This document shows, piece by piece, positions 11,955 through 25,062 of a DNA stretch of 64,000 bases. Every line of letters starts with the position of its first letter. The first letter of the stretch is position 1. The translations under genes and the position numbers were made by a program. Source of the stretch: Lama glama (lineage: Eukaryota); the NCBI GenBank assembly GCA_028534125.1, contig CM052817.1, forward strand, positions 101,372,001 through 101,436,000. Reading direction: 5' to 3'. Below the pieces are notes generated by a model. That model was given only the letters and a program-made list of their open reading frames with translations. It did not search any database and was not told where the DNA came from.

Positions 11955-12940
11955 ATTTATTTAATACACGTTTACTGAGTGTTTATCACATGTCAGGCAC
12001 TGTGCTAGGCTTTGGTGATACAAAACTGGTTGGTTTAGTCTCTGACACAGAAAGGAGTCTGACATTATAGGGAAGCTGTCCAAGTAAATAATTACAAAAT
12101 GGATCTGGGGTGCTGTGATAAAAGTACAGAGATCCTATCTGCTTGTGGGGTGGGGGTGAAGAGGCAGAGAGAAAAAGATTCCAGGAGGTGACACAGGAAA
12201 AAGAATGTGGGGCGAGAGGATGGCCATGTCCCAGGTCTCGGTTGAGTCTCTGGGGCACATCCCGTCAAGTGTGGGTCCTTAGCTTCACACAGGAAAGAAT
12301 TCAAGAGTGAGCCACAGTTGAGTAAAGGTAGATTTATTCAGAGAGATACATACTCCATAGACAGAATGCAGGCTGTCTCAGAAGGTGAGTTTAGAAAGGC
12401 CATAAGCTGTGGGAATTGGGTGCTCAGTTTAAAGTGAATGTAGATATACACTCCATAGACAGACGGTAGTCCGTCTCAGAAAAAAGAGTTCCCCCAAGGG
12501 GTGGTGTTGCTAGTTTTTACATGCTTGATAACCCCATATGCTAACAAGTGGGAGGATTATTCCAAATACTTTGGGGAGGGGGCTGGGATTCCCAGGAATT
12601 GGGCCACTGCCCACTTTTTGACCTTTTATGGTCAGCCTCAGAACTGTCATGGCATCTGTGGGAAGACTACCATGTTAATCTATTACAGTGAGCGTATAAT
12701 GAAGTTCGATGTCTACTGGAAGCCAAATCTCCATCTTGGCTCTCAAGGTCTACTAGGAGTTGAATTTTCTGCCATCTTGGTGTTAATTGTTGTGTCATTC
12801 CTTGAATGTCGGTGCCCTGTCCCCTTCCTGTCTGACAGGCTCACTTGAGCTATTTAAAGGATGGTTAAGAGTTAGCCAGGTGAAGAAAGGCTGTTCTTCA
12901 TGGAGCAGATGAGGTGGGCAGACTGAGAGCAAAGGCAAGG
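11955..12940 (-). mobile_element. L2 fragment split by an LTR insertion (11955-12188 and 12836-12940)
   Basis: TTTACTGAGTGTTTATCACATGTCAGGCACTGTGCTAGG motif; the L2-like sequence TTCCAGGAGG resumes as ...CACTTGAGCT...GAGTTAGCCAGGTGAAG after the LTR. Confidence 0.6.
12189..12835 (-). mobile_element. Solo ERV1-like LTR
   Basis: About 650 bp interrupting an L2. Minus-strand AATAAA near 12333-12338, an internal direct repeat ACTCCATAGACAGA (~12352 and ~12450), TG at the left edge, and imperfect 4-bp flanks GAGG/CAGG. Confidence 0.7.
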
Positions 12941-13689
12941 CTTCCCACAAATGTCACCTTTATGATTTTTGAAAACTCTGTACAGCACTAGTGTAAGTAC
13001 TTAATAGTTTTCTTAAATGTCACTTTCATTTCTGAGTGACGTACCTACTTCAGCTGTATCTTAATGCATGAGAATTCTAGGGTATGGTGTATTAATTACA
13101 CATTTTCTAGTTCTAATATTAAAACATTTTCTAAATGTCTACCATTTTACAATTTTTATATCTTCTCATGCACCATCAATTGAATTGTATTGAACTCTAG
13201 GAAAAACTAAATAGAACTCTAAGCAATTCTATATATATATATATATTCTCTTACCGTGCTTCCATGAGATGCAACAGGGACAAATTCCTGTATTAGATGC
13301 CACTCTTTGTTTCTAGTAAAATTAAACTTTAAAATGGTTCAAAATCTCGTACAATTATTTTCAAAATAACTAACTGAAAGGTCTGAGTTAATGTCACCTT
13401 GATGCAAAGGGACCCGAGCTTTTGATCTGAATCCTTATCTGTTGTCAAGTAACGACGTACCCTATTTTCGACCGTTTTGATTTAAAATTCATTCTCCTTT
13501 ATCAAAAAAAAAAAACAACTAAGGTTAAGACAAAGATACAAACTGATTTTTAAAAGCTGGAAAAGCTGTGGACAGCGATGGGGAAGATGAGACATGAAAT
13601 TTAGAGAGACGCCGCCCCAGACCAGGCAAATCCGGATGTTGGGATGCTGTGTTTCCTTCCCCAGCAGCCAAACTGCCTGATTTTTTAAG

Positions 13690-14600
13690 GCAAACTTAGG
13701 CCGCGTTTCCGCTAAGCGAGGAACGACCTAAAGGCGAGGACTCAAGGCTTTCTTTTAGAAAAAAAAAAAAAAAGTCACTTTCAGCGCGAAGGACGGAAGA
13801 GGCGGAAGCAGCTGGGAGACCTTGCTCGCCAGCAGCTGGAGTCAACCAAGCGGAGGCCGGCGGGCCAGGCAGGCCCCGCCCCCAGGAAAGGCCCCGCCCC
13901 GTCCCGACCGGCCGCTTGGCAGAGCCGCCAGGGGACGCTGCACGCCGTTGGGGTGAGGCCCGGCCTCTCTTCCCCGCCTCCTCTCCTCTGCACCGCCCCC
14001 GGGGCGGTGTTGGCGCCAAAATCAAACCAGCCTGCGCGCCCCGCCCCTGCCGCGCGCAGGCCCCGCCGCCGGAAGCCGCGCCGCCCGCGCCATGGTAAGA
14101 GCTGGGAGCTCGCCCCGCGGTCCCCCTCCTCCCCAGTCACCGGGCCGCCGAGCCCCTCGGCCGCGTGGGACCCCCGGTTCGGTGTTGGCCGCCCTGGCGG
14201 GCTGCGGGGCCGCTCCCCCGCCCGGTGGACACCCCCCGACCACCCCACGCTTTCCGGCTCCCGCGGCCCGAGCCGGGAGGCTGAGGCGCCGCGCTGGGAC
14301 CCCCGCCCGTCTGCCCCGGCGCCCTCCCGGGCGGGTTAGGTTAAAGACGGGAGCGTTCGAGAACGTTCCCCGAGTATCTCCCAGACCCTGCAGTCTGGCC
14401 GGCAGAAAGAACACGAGCCACTCCGGAGCAGCTCCTCGCCGCTAAAGGCGCAGCCCCGGGATGAGAACCGGAGGAGGCGGTGTCGGCGGGCAGCGCCGGG
14501 GCCGCCTCGGCTCCCAAGTGGCTCGGTTGGTCTTTGCCGTTTGAGTGCTTTCATGCTGTAACCGGTAGAGCGCATTTCAGGATCGCGCACGATTTCCAGA
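13690..14600 (+). promoter_or_regulatory. MND1: CpG island promoter of MND1
   Basis: The only CpG-dense, GC-rich segment of the window. It has multiple GC boxes (CCCCGCCC), ETS-type CGGAAG motifs (~13794, 13803, 14070) and an E2F-type TTGGCGCCAAAA at 14010-14021, and it spans the ATG exon. Confidence 0.92.
14092..14094 (+). CDS. MND1: MND1 coding exon 1 (initiator ATG only)
   Basis: GCGCCATG|GTAAGA: ATG in a good -3 context followed directly by a donor; splices in frame to SKKKGLS, giving the known MND1 N-terminus MSKKKGLSAEEKR. Confidence 0.88.
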
Positions 14601-16149
14601 GTAACCTAGCGAATCTTCACTTCATGCCAGTTAGATGATTTCTGTGAAAATGTGTTTTTTGCTTTTTTTTTTTTTTTAACAAAGGGCAGGAATCGCTGCC
14701 GTTTTGTGCTTCAAAGGACGGCTGGCTGGTAGGGAGAGTCGCTTTGTTAGGGAAGCACCGTACAGACTTAGTTTTCCTTGCATGCCATAATGGTTTAAGT
14801 CCTGGTAAGATACCAGATTGTCTCCTTTTATGAATTTAATGTCTTTCTGTTCATCCAGTCATTTTCATAAACCTTCAGTTTCATCCCACCCCTCGCTTCT
14901 ATTGGTAGAGAATCAACATCTAGTGAAATAGATCTAAGATTTTAATATCTTAATTAAGTGGCCGTTATTTTGCAAGCTGGTGATGGACAGGGACCTGGGT
15001 TGTACGGTGTTTATTTGAGGGTACTTGTCCAGATGTAATTATAACTGATAACGGCTTCTTTGTGGTTAAACTAACAACCCAGCCACCTGGGCGTTAAATG
15101 ATATAAGAAGCCAAACAGGTTTACGCTTAAATCTGTTACCAATGCTCTGTGATATCGTATTTCTCCTTATAGAGTCACTGGCCTGATACAACTGACTGAG
15201 AACTATGCAGCACACGTGCGTGAAATTTTTTTTGTTTTTGTCTTTTTACTTAAGCTCTCTCTACACCTGAATCATCTAATACTAAAAACTTTTGGTAAGA
15301 TACATACTTATTTGTCACATATTACTAAGAAATAAGTTTCGAGTTATCTTGATCAAAGGTAACTTGTTCTCTTTCCTTATTTTGAATTAATAGTTGTTTG
15401 TTCCAATTTGGTTGGGCTTGCTGGGTAGAGTTGTTGTAAGTCCAGGTTTGTTTTTGGAATTGGAGAACTGCAGGGTGGTCTGCCACTTCTTAGGGCCCCA
15501 GGTGTCTCCTTTTAATTTTTCACTATTTTATTGCAGTTGATCAACAGGACTGACATTAGGGATTTTCTAAGTCTAATTGGAGAAGATTCCTCCCCCGTCC
15601 TTAACTGTTTAGTCCTCTTACTTACTAATTTGGTTGGATCTCTAACATATACTATCAGGAGATTTTCTTTAATCTTAAATATTAAATGAGCCCTTGCAGA
15701 TTATTTTTTTTGGAGAAATTTCTAAATATGGATTAATATGGCATCCATTTACATTAGTTACTTTAATTCTTGCCATGGTACTCTCCTGCTGTGGTTAATA
15801 ATAAAAAAACTACTTGTCACGAAGGAGGCTGATGAATAAATTAGCCTGAAATCCGTGTTAATAGATGTTACAGCTCATCCATATTTCCTGAGTAAGTTTT
15901 ACAGCTCCTGAGCTGAGAGAAAAGAGCTTTCTTAAAACTGTGAGCTCTCAGGACACTAGATTCTCCTCATTGCCTGCCCTCTGCGTGGCAGATTCTTGTG
16001 GAGTCTGTGGTCTCTTGAGCAATTTATAATAATACCAAAATGGTAGCCTTTTCTGAGGCTTTGTATCTATTTTCCACTGATGCAGCCACAGACTGGAGTC
16101 CTGAAGGGATTTTCACTGCCCTTGACATAACCCAGGTTCTGGGCTGAGA

Positions 16150-16295
16150 AGAGCTGTGTTCTCAATCCTGGGGCACAATTAAAGCACCTCACGAGTCTCA
16201 GAGATTCTTATTCATTCCATATGGGATGTGCTTGGGCATCAGTTACTTTTAAACGCTCCTGAGATGATTCTGATCTATGTGGAAGTTTGAGACCA
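16150..16295. mobile_element. MER5-like hAT-Charlie relic
   Basis: GTGTTCTCAATCCTGG...TTTTAAACGCTCCTGAGATGATTCTGAT...AAGTTTGAGACCAACTG. Confidence 0.55.
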
Positions 16296-17364
16296 ACTGG
16301 ACCAGAGGAATGAGCTGAATGGGCCTTCTAACTGGATGTGAATGGCTTGCTTTATTATGCTGCCAAGGCCGATGTGAAGGGAGGGTAATCAAGTAGTATT
16401 GTGCTCTAGCTCTGTACTTCAGAGTAGATGCTTTCTTGGAACTCACCTGGCTGAGGCTTTTCTGGTTTATCTCTCCAAACAAAGCAATAAATGGTTATCA
16501 CAGAATTCCTTTTATTAATTTACCTTGTGTTGTACTTATGGGACTGCAGTGCACTCTGCAGAACCTGGTGATTGGCTGGATTTGGAGTAAGAGAGATGGA
16601 GGAAACCAGGGTGACTGCCAGGCCTCTGGCTTGGGTAACAAGGTGATTGGTATCCAACTGAACTTAAGATCCAGAACAGCAGGTTTGGGCAGTAGACGTG
16701 GGAGAGGAAGAGGTCATTGTAGACCTCCTGAGTTGGAAGTCTGTTCAGCAGGCAGGTAGATACATGAGATTGAAGCTCAGGTGCACACTAAGTCCAGTGA
16801 TGTATAGATTTGAGATCTCAGCGTAGGTGTTTGTTAAACCCATGAAAACAGCTGAGATCAGAGAGAAGGTGCGAGGCAATGAGGGGATCAATTGAGAACC
16901 CTGGGGAACTGCAGTATTGAGAGTGGACAGAGGGAAAAGAAGAAAGTAAAATTTTGAGGCTATGTGCTTTACCTATATGACTCACCAGGAAACACCTGGT
17001 AAATTTATTGCTGTGAAAATGATTTAGTGGGTTTCTAGGTTCTGCTGGTAAGATAGACTCGTGTACCCTGGTGTGCATTCACAGTGGCAGTTCCACATTC
17101 CTTCCGCATCTAGCGTAGGCTCTCATTTCTGATGGAGTTTATGGTTGGATGGGGCCAGTCAGTTTTTAGTTGTTGGTTGACTTCTGCCTGCTTTTTAAGT
17201 GCTGTAAGGTGTTTTAAAGTTCTAACTAAGCAATTTGTGTTCCCCTATAATCCCATGCAGTTTTTGAGAAAGATGCAGATCACTTTTTAAAAAAAAAGTG
17301 TGGAATCTTCCATGAGAGCACTAGAGATATTGGTTCTCATTCTCTTGTTTTTCTGTGAATTTTT

Positions 17365-17512
17365 TTAAAGACCTTTTTTTTATTTGTTTTTTTTGCGGGA
17401 GGGTAGGTAATTTGGTTTGTTTGTTTGTTTTTAATGGAGACACTGGGGATTGAACCCAGGACCTCGTGCATGCCAAGCACCCACTCTACCACTGAGCTAT
17501 ACCCTCCCCCAC
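17365..17512 (-). mobile_element. tRNA-derived SINE (camelid vic-1-like) with A-rich tail and 12-bp TSD
   Basis: Minus strand GGGGGAGGGTATAGCTCAGTGGTAGAG...GGTTCAATCCCCAG; TSD CTGTGAATTTTT at 17353-17364 and 17513-17524. Confidence 0.9.
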
Positions 17513-18474
17513 CTGTGAATTTTTGCATTAAGGAAATTTGGTCTTTTTTTAAATTGGACCTTAGGTATATACTCTATATACAATATATAATAAAATTTAT
17601 CATTAACGTACATTTCAGTTACATATTAACTATCTTAATTTCAAATTGGTCAAAGGGGAGTTACAGAATAATAGTAACCTGAAGAGGCTTTCATTTTCTA
17701 TTTAGATGTGATTTTCCTTCCTCCCGCCTACCCTCTACAGTGCTGCTACAGCTGTCGTACCAAGATGTAACTGATCTTGTCACTCCCTGCTTCAGAAATT
17801 GCTCAGTAGCTCCTCATTGCCTGGAACAAAGTCTGCTCTCTTTGGCTAGACAGTCAGCCTTGCATAATCTGGCCCAGACAGCCTTTGGCATCTCATCTGC
17901 CACTCCATCTACATACTCCACGCATATAATAATTGTCCCTGAGTGTTTGTCTTTCTGGTGCATTCCATGTACTACCATAACGTTATGCCTATTCAAGACA
18001 CCTTTCTTACCGTTTCTCAACTTGACAAAATCCTGTTCATCTCTAGCCTTCCTAGCTAACCCTCCTCCCTCTCCAGGGTGGAATTAATTCATTCTGTCCC
18101 AGGTAGCAATCTGTGCACGTACCTGTTCATCAGTTATAAGTGGTTATGCCCATTTATTTTCTTTGAGAGATTGTTAAGTCTTTTGAAGGTAAATACAGTG
18201 ACTTATTGGATCATTTAATAAATACTGAATTTCTACAAAATGCCAGCTCTGTGTTAGTCACAGTTCTTGTTACCATACTGGCAGCACCTGCCACAAGGCT
18301 TGGCAGAGTGTTAAAATCTGTCTTGAGGCCTGGCTCTGAGAGTTACTAAACCTCTTGGTCTCAGACAAGACCATGAATAATTTCTGATAATGTTTTGAAC
18401 CAAGTTGTTTTAAAATGCAACGTTTATTAAAACAACAACAACACAGTGTTTACTTTTTAACTTTTGTGCTTTAG

Positions 18475-18540
18475 TCGAAGAAAAAAGGACTGAGTGCCGA
18501 GGAAAAGAGAGCCCGCATGATGGAAATATTTTTTGAGACA
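18475..18540 (+). CDS. MND1: MND1 coding exon 2 (SKKKGLSAEEKRARMMEIFFET)
   Basis: Acceptor TTTTGTGCTTTAG, donor GTAAGT, 66 nt, phase 0/0; translation matches MND1. Confidence 0.96.
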
Positions 18541-21500
18541 GTAAGTCATTTTCCTTAAGATTTTTAGAATTTTTTGTAATCTTCTTAAGTGTGTGTCATC
18601 CAGTATTAACTCTACCTTTTTCATTAGAAAACAGTACTAACCAATATCCTGAATAACAGATAAAATTCTACAAGCTTTTGTGGTACCTGTGAGCTATGGA
18701 AAGAACCCTCCCCCAGTGTTTGTAGAATCTCTTCGTACACGCTGGCACTGCAGTTATCTTTCTGAGGCATGTATTTCATTGTCCCCTTTTGCCTGAAAAT
18801 GATACTAATAGTTCACATCCACTGAGTGCTTCCGAGGTGCAAATCAGTATTCTAAGCCCTTGGTGTAGATTATCAGATTTTGTCCTTTTTGCCCCTATGA
18901 GATAAGTACTATTGTTATCATCCTCATTCTGCAGATCTGGACATCTGAACAGCCTAAGGTACCAGCCCTGATCTCAAAAGTGGAAGTGATAGTACTGGGA
19001 TTAAAAACCCAGGGAGGGAAAGAAAAAAAAACAACCCAGGGAGAATCATCTGATTTTAGAGGGAATGCTAAATATCACCAACATTTATAAGCCTATGAAT
19101 AATGTAACACGTAGTCCTCCTTAATTTGTGCCTGCCACTAACAGGAAACATGCTTGAAGTTTCCACTTCTAAGTGACAGAGCCAGGATTCAAACCCAGTC
19201 ACCTGGCTCTAGACCCTGTTTTTTTCACCAAGCCACCATTCAGTGGCTTTTCTTGTTTCCAGGTTAAAATTCAGACTTTGGACCCACAAAAACATTTTAA
19301 CTTCCTATGTCTTATGTCTTGACAGGACCTTCAAAGTCTTGTCTGGCCCCAGCCTACTGGCTGTTTTCATTATTTACAAATGTGAAGAAGATGGGAAAAT
19401 GGCAAAATAGAATACGAAATCAATAAGTAATGATAATACTTGACATTTTCGTTTTGATAAAGCATATTCTTAATAAAACAAGCGAAATATTGTAGGGGCT
19501 TTTTTTTTAATGCTTTGCCATCTAAGTGAAATCTTAGTAATCTTACTTATATATAATGACTTACTAAAAGTCACTGGCAATTCAGAACAGAGTATCATAT
19601 TAATAATGATGATATGGTTAGGAAGATAAATTGATAACGTTTGCTGGTGAGGATTATGACTGTTCCGCTGAGTCGAAATATTTTTTCTATGCTCCTAGAG
19701 CAGGAGAAGTAGAATTAATTCCCACCAGGCAGTGGAAAGCTGGGGAGAGTGGTGAGGGAAATTATTTTGTCCTTTATGGAATTGTTAATTTTCTTGAATA
19801 TCAAAGTTGGCTGTTTCTGATTGAAAAATATTCAACTCTTCTCTCAGTAACATTCAGATAGTAATGACTGTGACACTAATGAGTAGTAGCAGCTTAAAGA
19901 AGTTAATACTGTGTTTTTATGTAAAGCTAGAAATTAATTGTATTAATTGCTTGATTTCAGTTCTTATATTCCTATATATTTATTCTTATAAATACATAGT
20001 TAAAAGATTTATTTGAAGTTGCTAATGTAATAGAAAAAGACTTCTTTGCTGTTACCCTTAGGATGAACATGGCAGCAGTATCGCTCCATGACAGAGAACT
20101 TGCACCTCCAGTCTGCTTGACCTAACAGCTTTGCGACTTTGTGACTTACTTGACCTAAGTCTCAGTTTCCTCATCTATAACTGTACCTAGCTCACAGTGT
20201 TAGTATGAGGATTAAATGAGATAATCTGTGTAAAACATTTCAATGCCCAGATCACAAGTGTTTAATTAAAAGTTATCTAGTATTATTACTGTGTGTCTTC
20301 CATGGTATTTTGTTTTTATAGTTTTGTTTTTGAGGGCTAGAACCATTGTGTTCATCTCTTCTTTGTTATCTCTGTTTCTTGTTGGGGAGAACTATTATTT
20401 ACTGGAGACCGTTTTCTCTGTTCGTTTAAATGACCCCACTTTAGTCCTGAGGCTGTTTCTTTGCGAGCATGTTTATCTACACAGCGGCCCCACTGGGGCA
20501 GCCAGTATGTCTGGGGCTCTTCTTTGATGACCACATGTGGGCAGATATCTCAGTGAGTTTATGTTCTTTTTCCAGGGAATCTAAGGTATTTGCAAATAGG
20601 TTTGATTAATTGATTTTTTTTAAATGCATTAGCGACCTAAAGCCAGTAATTTATTGCATGTTCTCTGAGACCCTACAGAATTATTTTTTGAGAGTTTATT
20701 CCCAGAGGGACAAAAATTGATTTCACACTTTCTAAGACCAATGATTCAGTATTTTCCTTAATTTACTTAATCTTAAGTGTACTGAGATGAAGTTACTTTT
20801 TCCAGCATTTTATCATTCAAGATGAAAGAATTTCACAGTGAAGGACTATATGCCCAACCTAGATTCTACCAGTAATATTTTGTACTCTGCTTACTTTATT
20901 AATATATAATATTCATCTGTCCACTCCTTTATCCATCATCAGTTCATCTTTTTGAGGGCAGGGGAGTGTATATCTTTTGTGAATTGTCTTCTCGGCAGTC
21001 TTTTCAGTTTCTTAACAGTGCCCTTGAATGGGCAGACATTTTAAATTTTTATGATGTCTAATTTCCATCTTATTGAAGTTGCTTTTTCAGGTTTATTTTG
21101 GAAGAAATAGATCCCAGATTTCCATAGCAATAATCACAATAGTTCTGTTCTAATAACTGAATACTTCAGTCTTTTCAAATATTTCACTTCTGTTATCCAA
21201 GTTCTTTTTACCACTTCAGCCAAGGCTTATTACAAGAAGAAAGGAATATTCTACATAGATTTTTTTCCTCAACCGTAAGATTAAATATTCTACTTGTATA
21301 TCGTGCGATAATGTTTTGTTTTGCACATGGTAGACATGCAGTAGGTATAGGTGAACGATTGATAGGCAGCCCTGAATTGTATGATGGTCATATTTAGGTG
21401 CAGCTCTTCCATGAAACTGTAAATGTGAACAGATCTTGACAGCTGTCTGTTTTGCTCTTAGTTAGAGCTGCTAAATCTGTGATGTATGCTATGTGCTAAG

Positions 21501-21865
21501 CAAAGCATTGCTTGTGTTTTCTTCAAGTCAGAGTGTCAGAGAAGCTGATTATCTCATGTTAACAAATGATTCATGATGACTAGTTTTTATACTTCGCTGG
21601 GAAGATGTTCTTTACTTTCTGCCCTCCACTAACTTTAAAGAATTGTATGTTCATGCAAAATCTGTCCATTTTAAGTTCTGTTGGAGGTATTAAACAAGAT
21701 AATTAATTTCTTTTAGCTCTAAAATTCTTAATTCCATAGCACTGTTCATTTCCAGGCATAGGTTTTTAGTACAGTATTTTATAAACATAATATGGTAAAT
21801 ATAAATACATAGTAGGAAATAAATACATATTTTTCACCTTTTTTTTTAATAACTCTTTTAAACAG

Positions 21866-21923
21866 AAAGATGTATTTCAATTAAAAGACATGGAGAAGAT
21901 TGCTCCCAAAGAAAAAGGCATTA
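21866..21923 (+). CDS. MND1: MND1 coding exon 3 (KDVFQLKDMEKIAPKEKGI)
   Basis: Acceptor CTCTTTTAAACAG, donor GTAAGT, 58 nt, phase 0/1. Confidence 0.96.
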
Positions 21924-22239
21924 GTAAGTATCAAAAAAGTTCCAGAATATTTTGGTAAATACCGGTCATCTTTTTTTGCAACAGTCTTTCACTTTATAAA
22001 TTTCTAGAGATGAAGAATGTTTCTAAAATCCCTTATATAATATCTCTGGGCCACAACCATGATTCTTGTGTTTGAAGTATCTGCTCTAGGAAAACTAAAA
22101 CGGAATATGCATGCATGCATGTGCACACATACACACATAATATGTACACACAATTGTACACATTTATCTATGGGAATAATTTCCTTCAAAAGAAGTAAAA
22201 ACTATTCATGTATGTTCTAGTATTTGTTAAATGGGATTT

Positions 22240-22665
22240 GTATGGTGTTAATTTTCTACAGCTGCTGTAACAAATTACCATAAACTTGGTGGCTTAACAC
22301 GATAGAAATTTGTTCTCCCATAGTTCAGAAGTCTAAAAATAAGGTGTTGGCAAGGTGGGTTCCTTCTGGAGGCTCTGAGGGAGGATCTGTTTCATGCTCT
22401 TCTCCTAGCTTCTGGTGGCTGCCAGCAGTGTGCCTGGCTTATAGACACAGCATTCTAATCTCTGCCTCTGCATGGCCTTCCCATTGATTTTCTTCCCTTG
22501 GTGTCTTATAAGGACACATGTCATTGGATTTGGGAACCCACCCTAAATCCAGGATGATTTCACTGTGAGGTCCTAATTACATCTCTATAGACCATTTTCC
22601 AAGACAAAGTCACATTCACAGGTTCTGGGGGCTATCTTTTCAGGGGTCACTGTTAAACCCACTAT
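22240..22665 (-). mobile_element. MLT1-type MaLR solo LTR
   Basis: GCTGCTGTAACAAATTACCATAAACTTGGTGGCTTAA...GGTTCCTTCTGGAGGCTCTGAGGGAGGATCTG...GTCACATTCACAGGTTCTGGG. Confidence 0.8.
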
Positions 22666-23139
22666 GTATTTTATGTATATATATAACATTATTTTCTGAT
22701 TATATAAGCTATATTTGTTTGTTTCAACAGATTTGGAAATTATAAAGAATATTGTAAAAATAAAAGTTGTTCATAATCCCTCTGAGATCACCCCTGTTAA
22801 CATTTTGGTGTATTTTGATGTCTTACTCTTAGATTCTGTTTATCTGTGTGTGTATATATCTGTCCCTTTCTCTGAGAGGGAACCATGCTGCATATACAGC
22901 TTTGTGTTCATGTAGTTTTTCATATAGCATTATATCATCTACATTTTCTTATGTCATTTGCTTTAAAAAAAATGATTTACAACATCTGCATCTGCTAATG
23001 TTTTATTCTATGACCACCCACTGTGCCATAATTTGCTTAGCCTGTTAGCTATTATTGACCATGCAGATTGTTCCCAAATTTTGCTGCTAGAATTAATATA
23101 TAAGTAACATGCCATCCATAGATTTTTCTCCTAAAAGAC

Positions 23140-23440
23140 TTATTTTTTACAGCTTTTTTAATTTCAGGATTTCTCATATACTTCCTCACCTCCATCATCA
23201 ACATCACTCACCAGCAGGACATTTGTCACAACTGATGAACCTGCAAGGACATTTCATAATGACCCAAAGTCCGTAATTTATATTAGTATTCACTCTCAGT
23301 GTTGCATATTCTGTGGGTCTGGACAAATGTACAGTGACACAGATCGTTGTTACAGTGTCATTGTGGTATCATACAGAGTATTTTCACTGCCTTAAAAATC
23401 CTCTGTGCTCCACCAATTCATCCCTTCCTCTCCCCCCACT
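23140..23440 (-). mobile_element. Old L1M (L1MC/MD-like) 3' UTR fragment
   Basis: ACATTTGTCACAACTGATGAACC...CCCAAAGTCC...TTCACTGCCTTAAAAATCCTCTGTGCTC; same family as 25510-26115 and 47905-48600. Confidence 0.7.
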
Positions 23441-24633
23441 ATGAACTTTTTTCTACATCTCGTGTTACTTCATTAGGAAGTATCCCTAGAAACAGAGTAG
23501 AAAAAGAGACTTATGTAGTTTTGGGCTTTTTATATGTATTCTTAAATTGCCTTCAGGAAAGATTATACCAAATTCTACTCAAATTCATTTCTCAAAACTG
23601 TTTTCATTTTTAGACTTCTTTGACATTTCCTTTCGGTTTGTACTTCTTTACAAATGAGGTTGAATGTTTTGTATTTGGTGTCAATTTTATTGCTTTTATT
23701 TATTAAATCTTTAAATTTTTAATAGATTTTTATTAAATTTACTCTAGGAAAAACTAAAATGGACATTAAAATATGGGTAATTTCTTGGTGTAGTTTTGCC
23801 TAATAGAAAGCTTGAATAGTTCATGAATTTCAAACATTTGTGAAATATGATTTTATATTTTTACATGCTATTTTTAAACTTTTCTGATCTTTAATCTTAC
23901 CCCAACCATAACCTCCAGTTTCTTTCTTTCTTGTTGAATTTTTCATAGTAGTTTTGTTTTTGTTTCCTTAGCATAATGAATAATACATATTTATTGTTGG
24001 AAGAAAATAAGAAAAATGAGCAAAAAGAAGGAAATACAAATTGCCTCTTAACCTTACATTCAAAATAACAACTGTCACATTAGTGCATACTATCTTTTAA
24101 CTTGTTTTTCTGTATAATACATTTTGAATGTGTATATATCCAGGCCATTAAATTTTTGTAACGTAAATTTAATGAATGCATAGTATGTCATTGCAGTAAA
24201 ATACTTTTACGAGTCCAGTAATTGGACTGATTTGTAAGTTTTTACTGTCGAAAACAGTGCTTTAACAAGCATCCTTATGCATATCCATCATTATTTTCTT
24301 TAGCTGAATTTATAAAAATGGAATTTCTGTATAAGAGATATGCACAAATCTCAGGTTTTAGATACATAGTGCTATATTTTCCCACTCATTTCCCTGAATC
24401 CTTTATTATAATTTTTGATGTGTTTAACTTGGTAGTCAGGAAATCACATCTCATGCCTTATTTTGCATTTCTTGAATTGTTAGTGGGTTTGAACACTTTT
24501 CTTGTTTCTTATTGATCATGCGTATTTTATAGATGCCCATTGATGTATTTTGTTTTTCTATTGGAGTATTTGTCTTTTTAAAATTATTTTTGAAAGCTTC
24601 TTGTTTATTAACTTATTAACTCATCTATAATAT

Positions 24634-25062
24634 TTTTTGACTTTATTTATTAATATTATTTTTAATTGAAATGCTGTCAGTTGCAATGTGTCAATTTTTG
24701 ATGTACAGCAGTACAATGTCCCAGTCATGCATACATATACATATAATCATTTTCATATTTTTTCATTAAAGTTTATTACAAGATATTGAACATAGTTCCC
24801 TGTGCTATACAGCAGAAACTTTTTTTAAAATCTATTTTTATGTGTAGTGACTATCATTTATAAGTCTCAAACTCTCAAATTTATCCCTTCCCATCCACTT
24901 TCCCCGGTAACCATAAGATTGTTTACTATGTCTGCAAGTCTGTTTCTGTTTGTAGATGAGTTCATAGTGGCCTTTTTTTTCCTTTTCTTTTTAGATTGCA
25001 TATATGAGTTATATCATATGGTATTTTTCTTTCTCTTTCTTGCTTTACTTAGAATGACGTTT
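24634..25062 (-). mobile_element. Young lineage-specific L1 3' end, 5'-truncated, 11-bp TSD
   Basis: T-rich tail then AATGTCCCAGTCATGCATA...ATAGTTCCCTGTGCTATACAG; TSD ATCTATAATAT at 24623-24633 and 25063-25073; closely similar to 53000-53790. Confidence 0.85.

Noticed and set aside
13696..14590. Cluster of 60-155 aa ORFs on both strands
   Set aside because: Pro/Arg/Gly/Ala-rich translations are expected from a stop-poor CpG island. The 14092-14445 ORF is just read-through from the MND1 ATG into intron 1.
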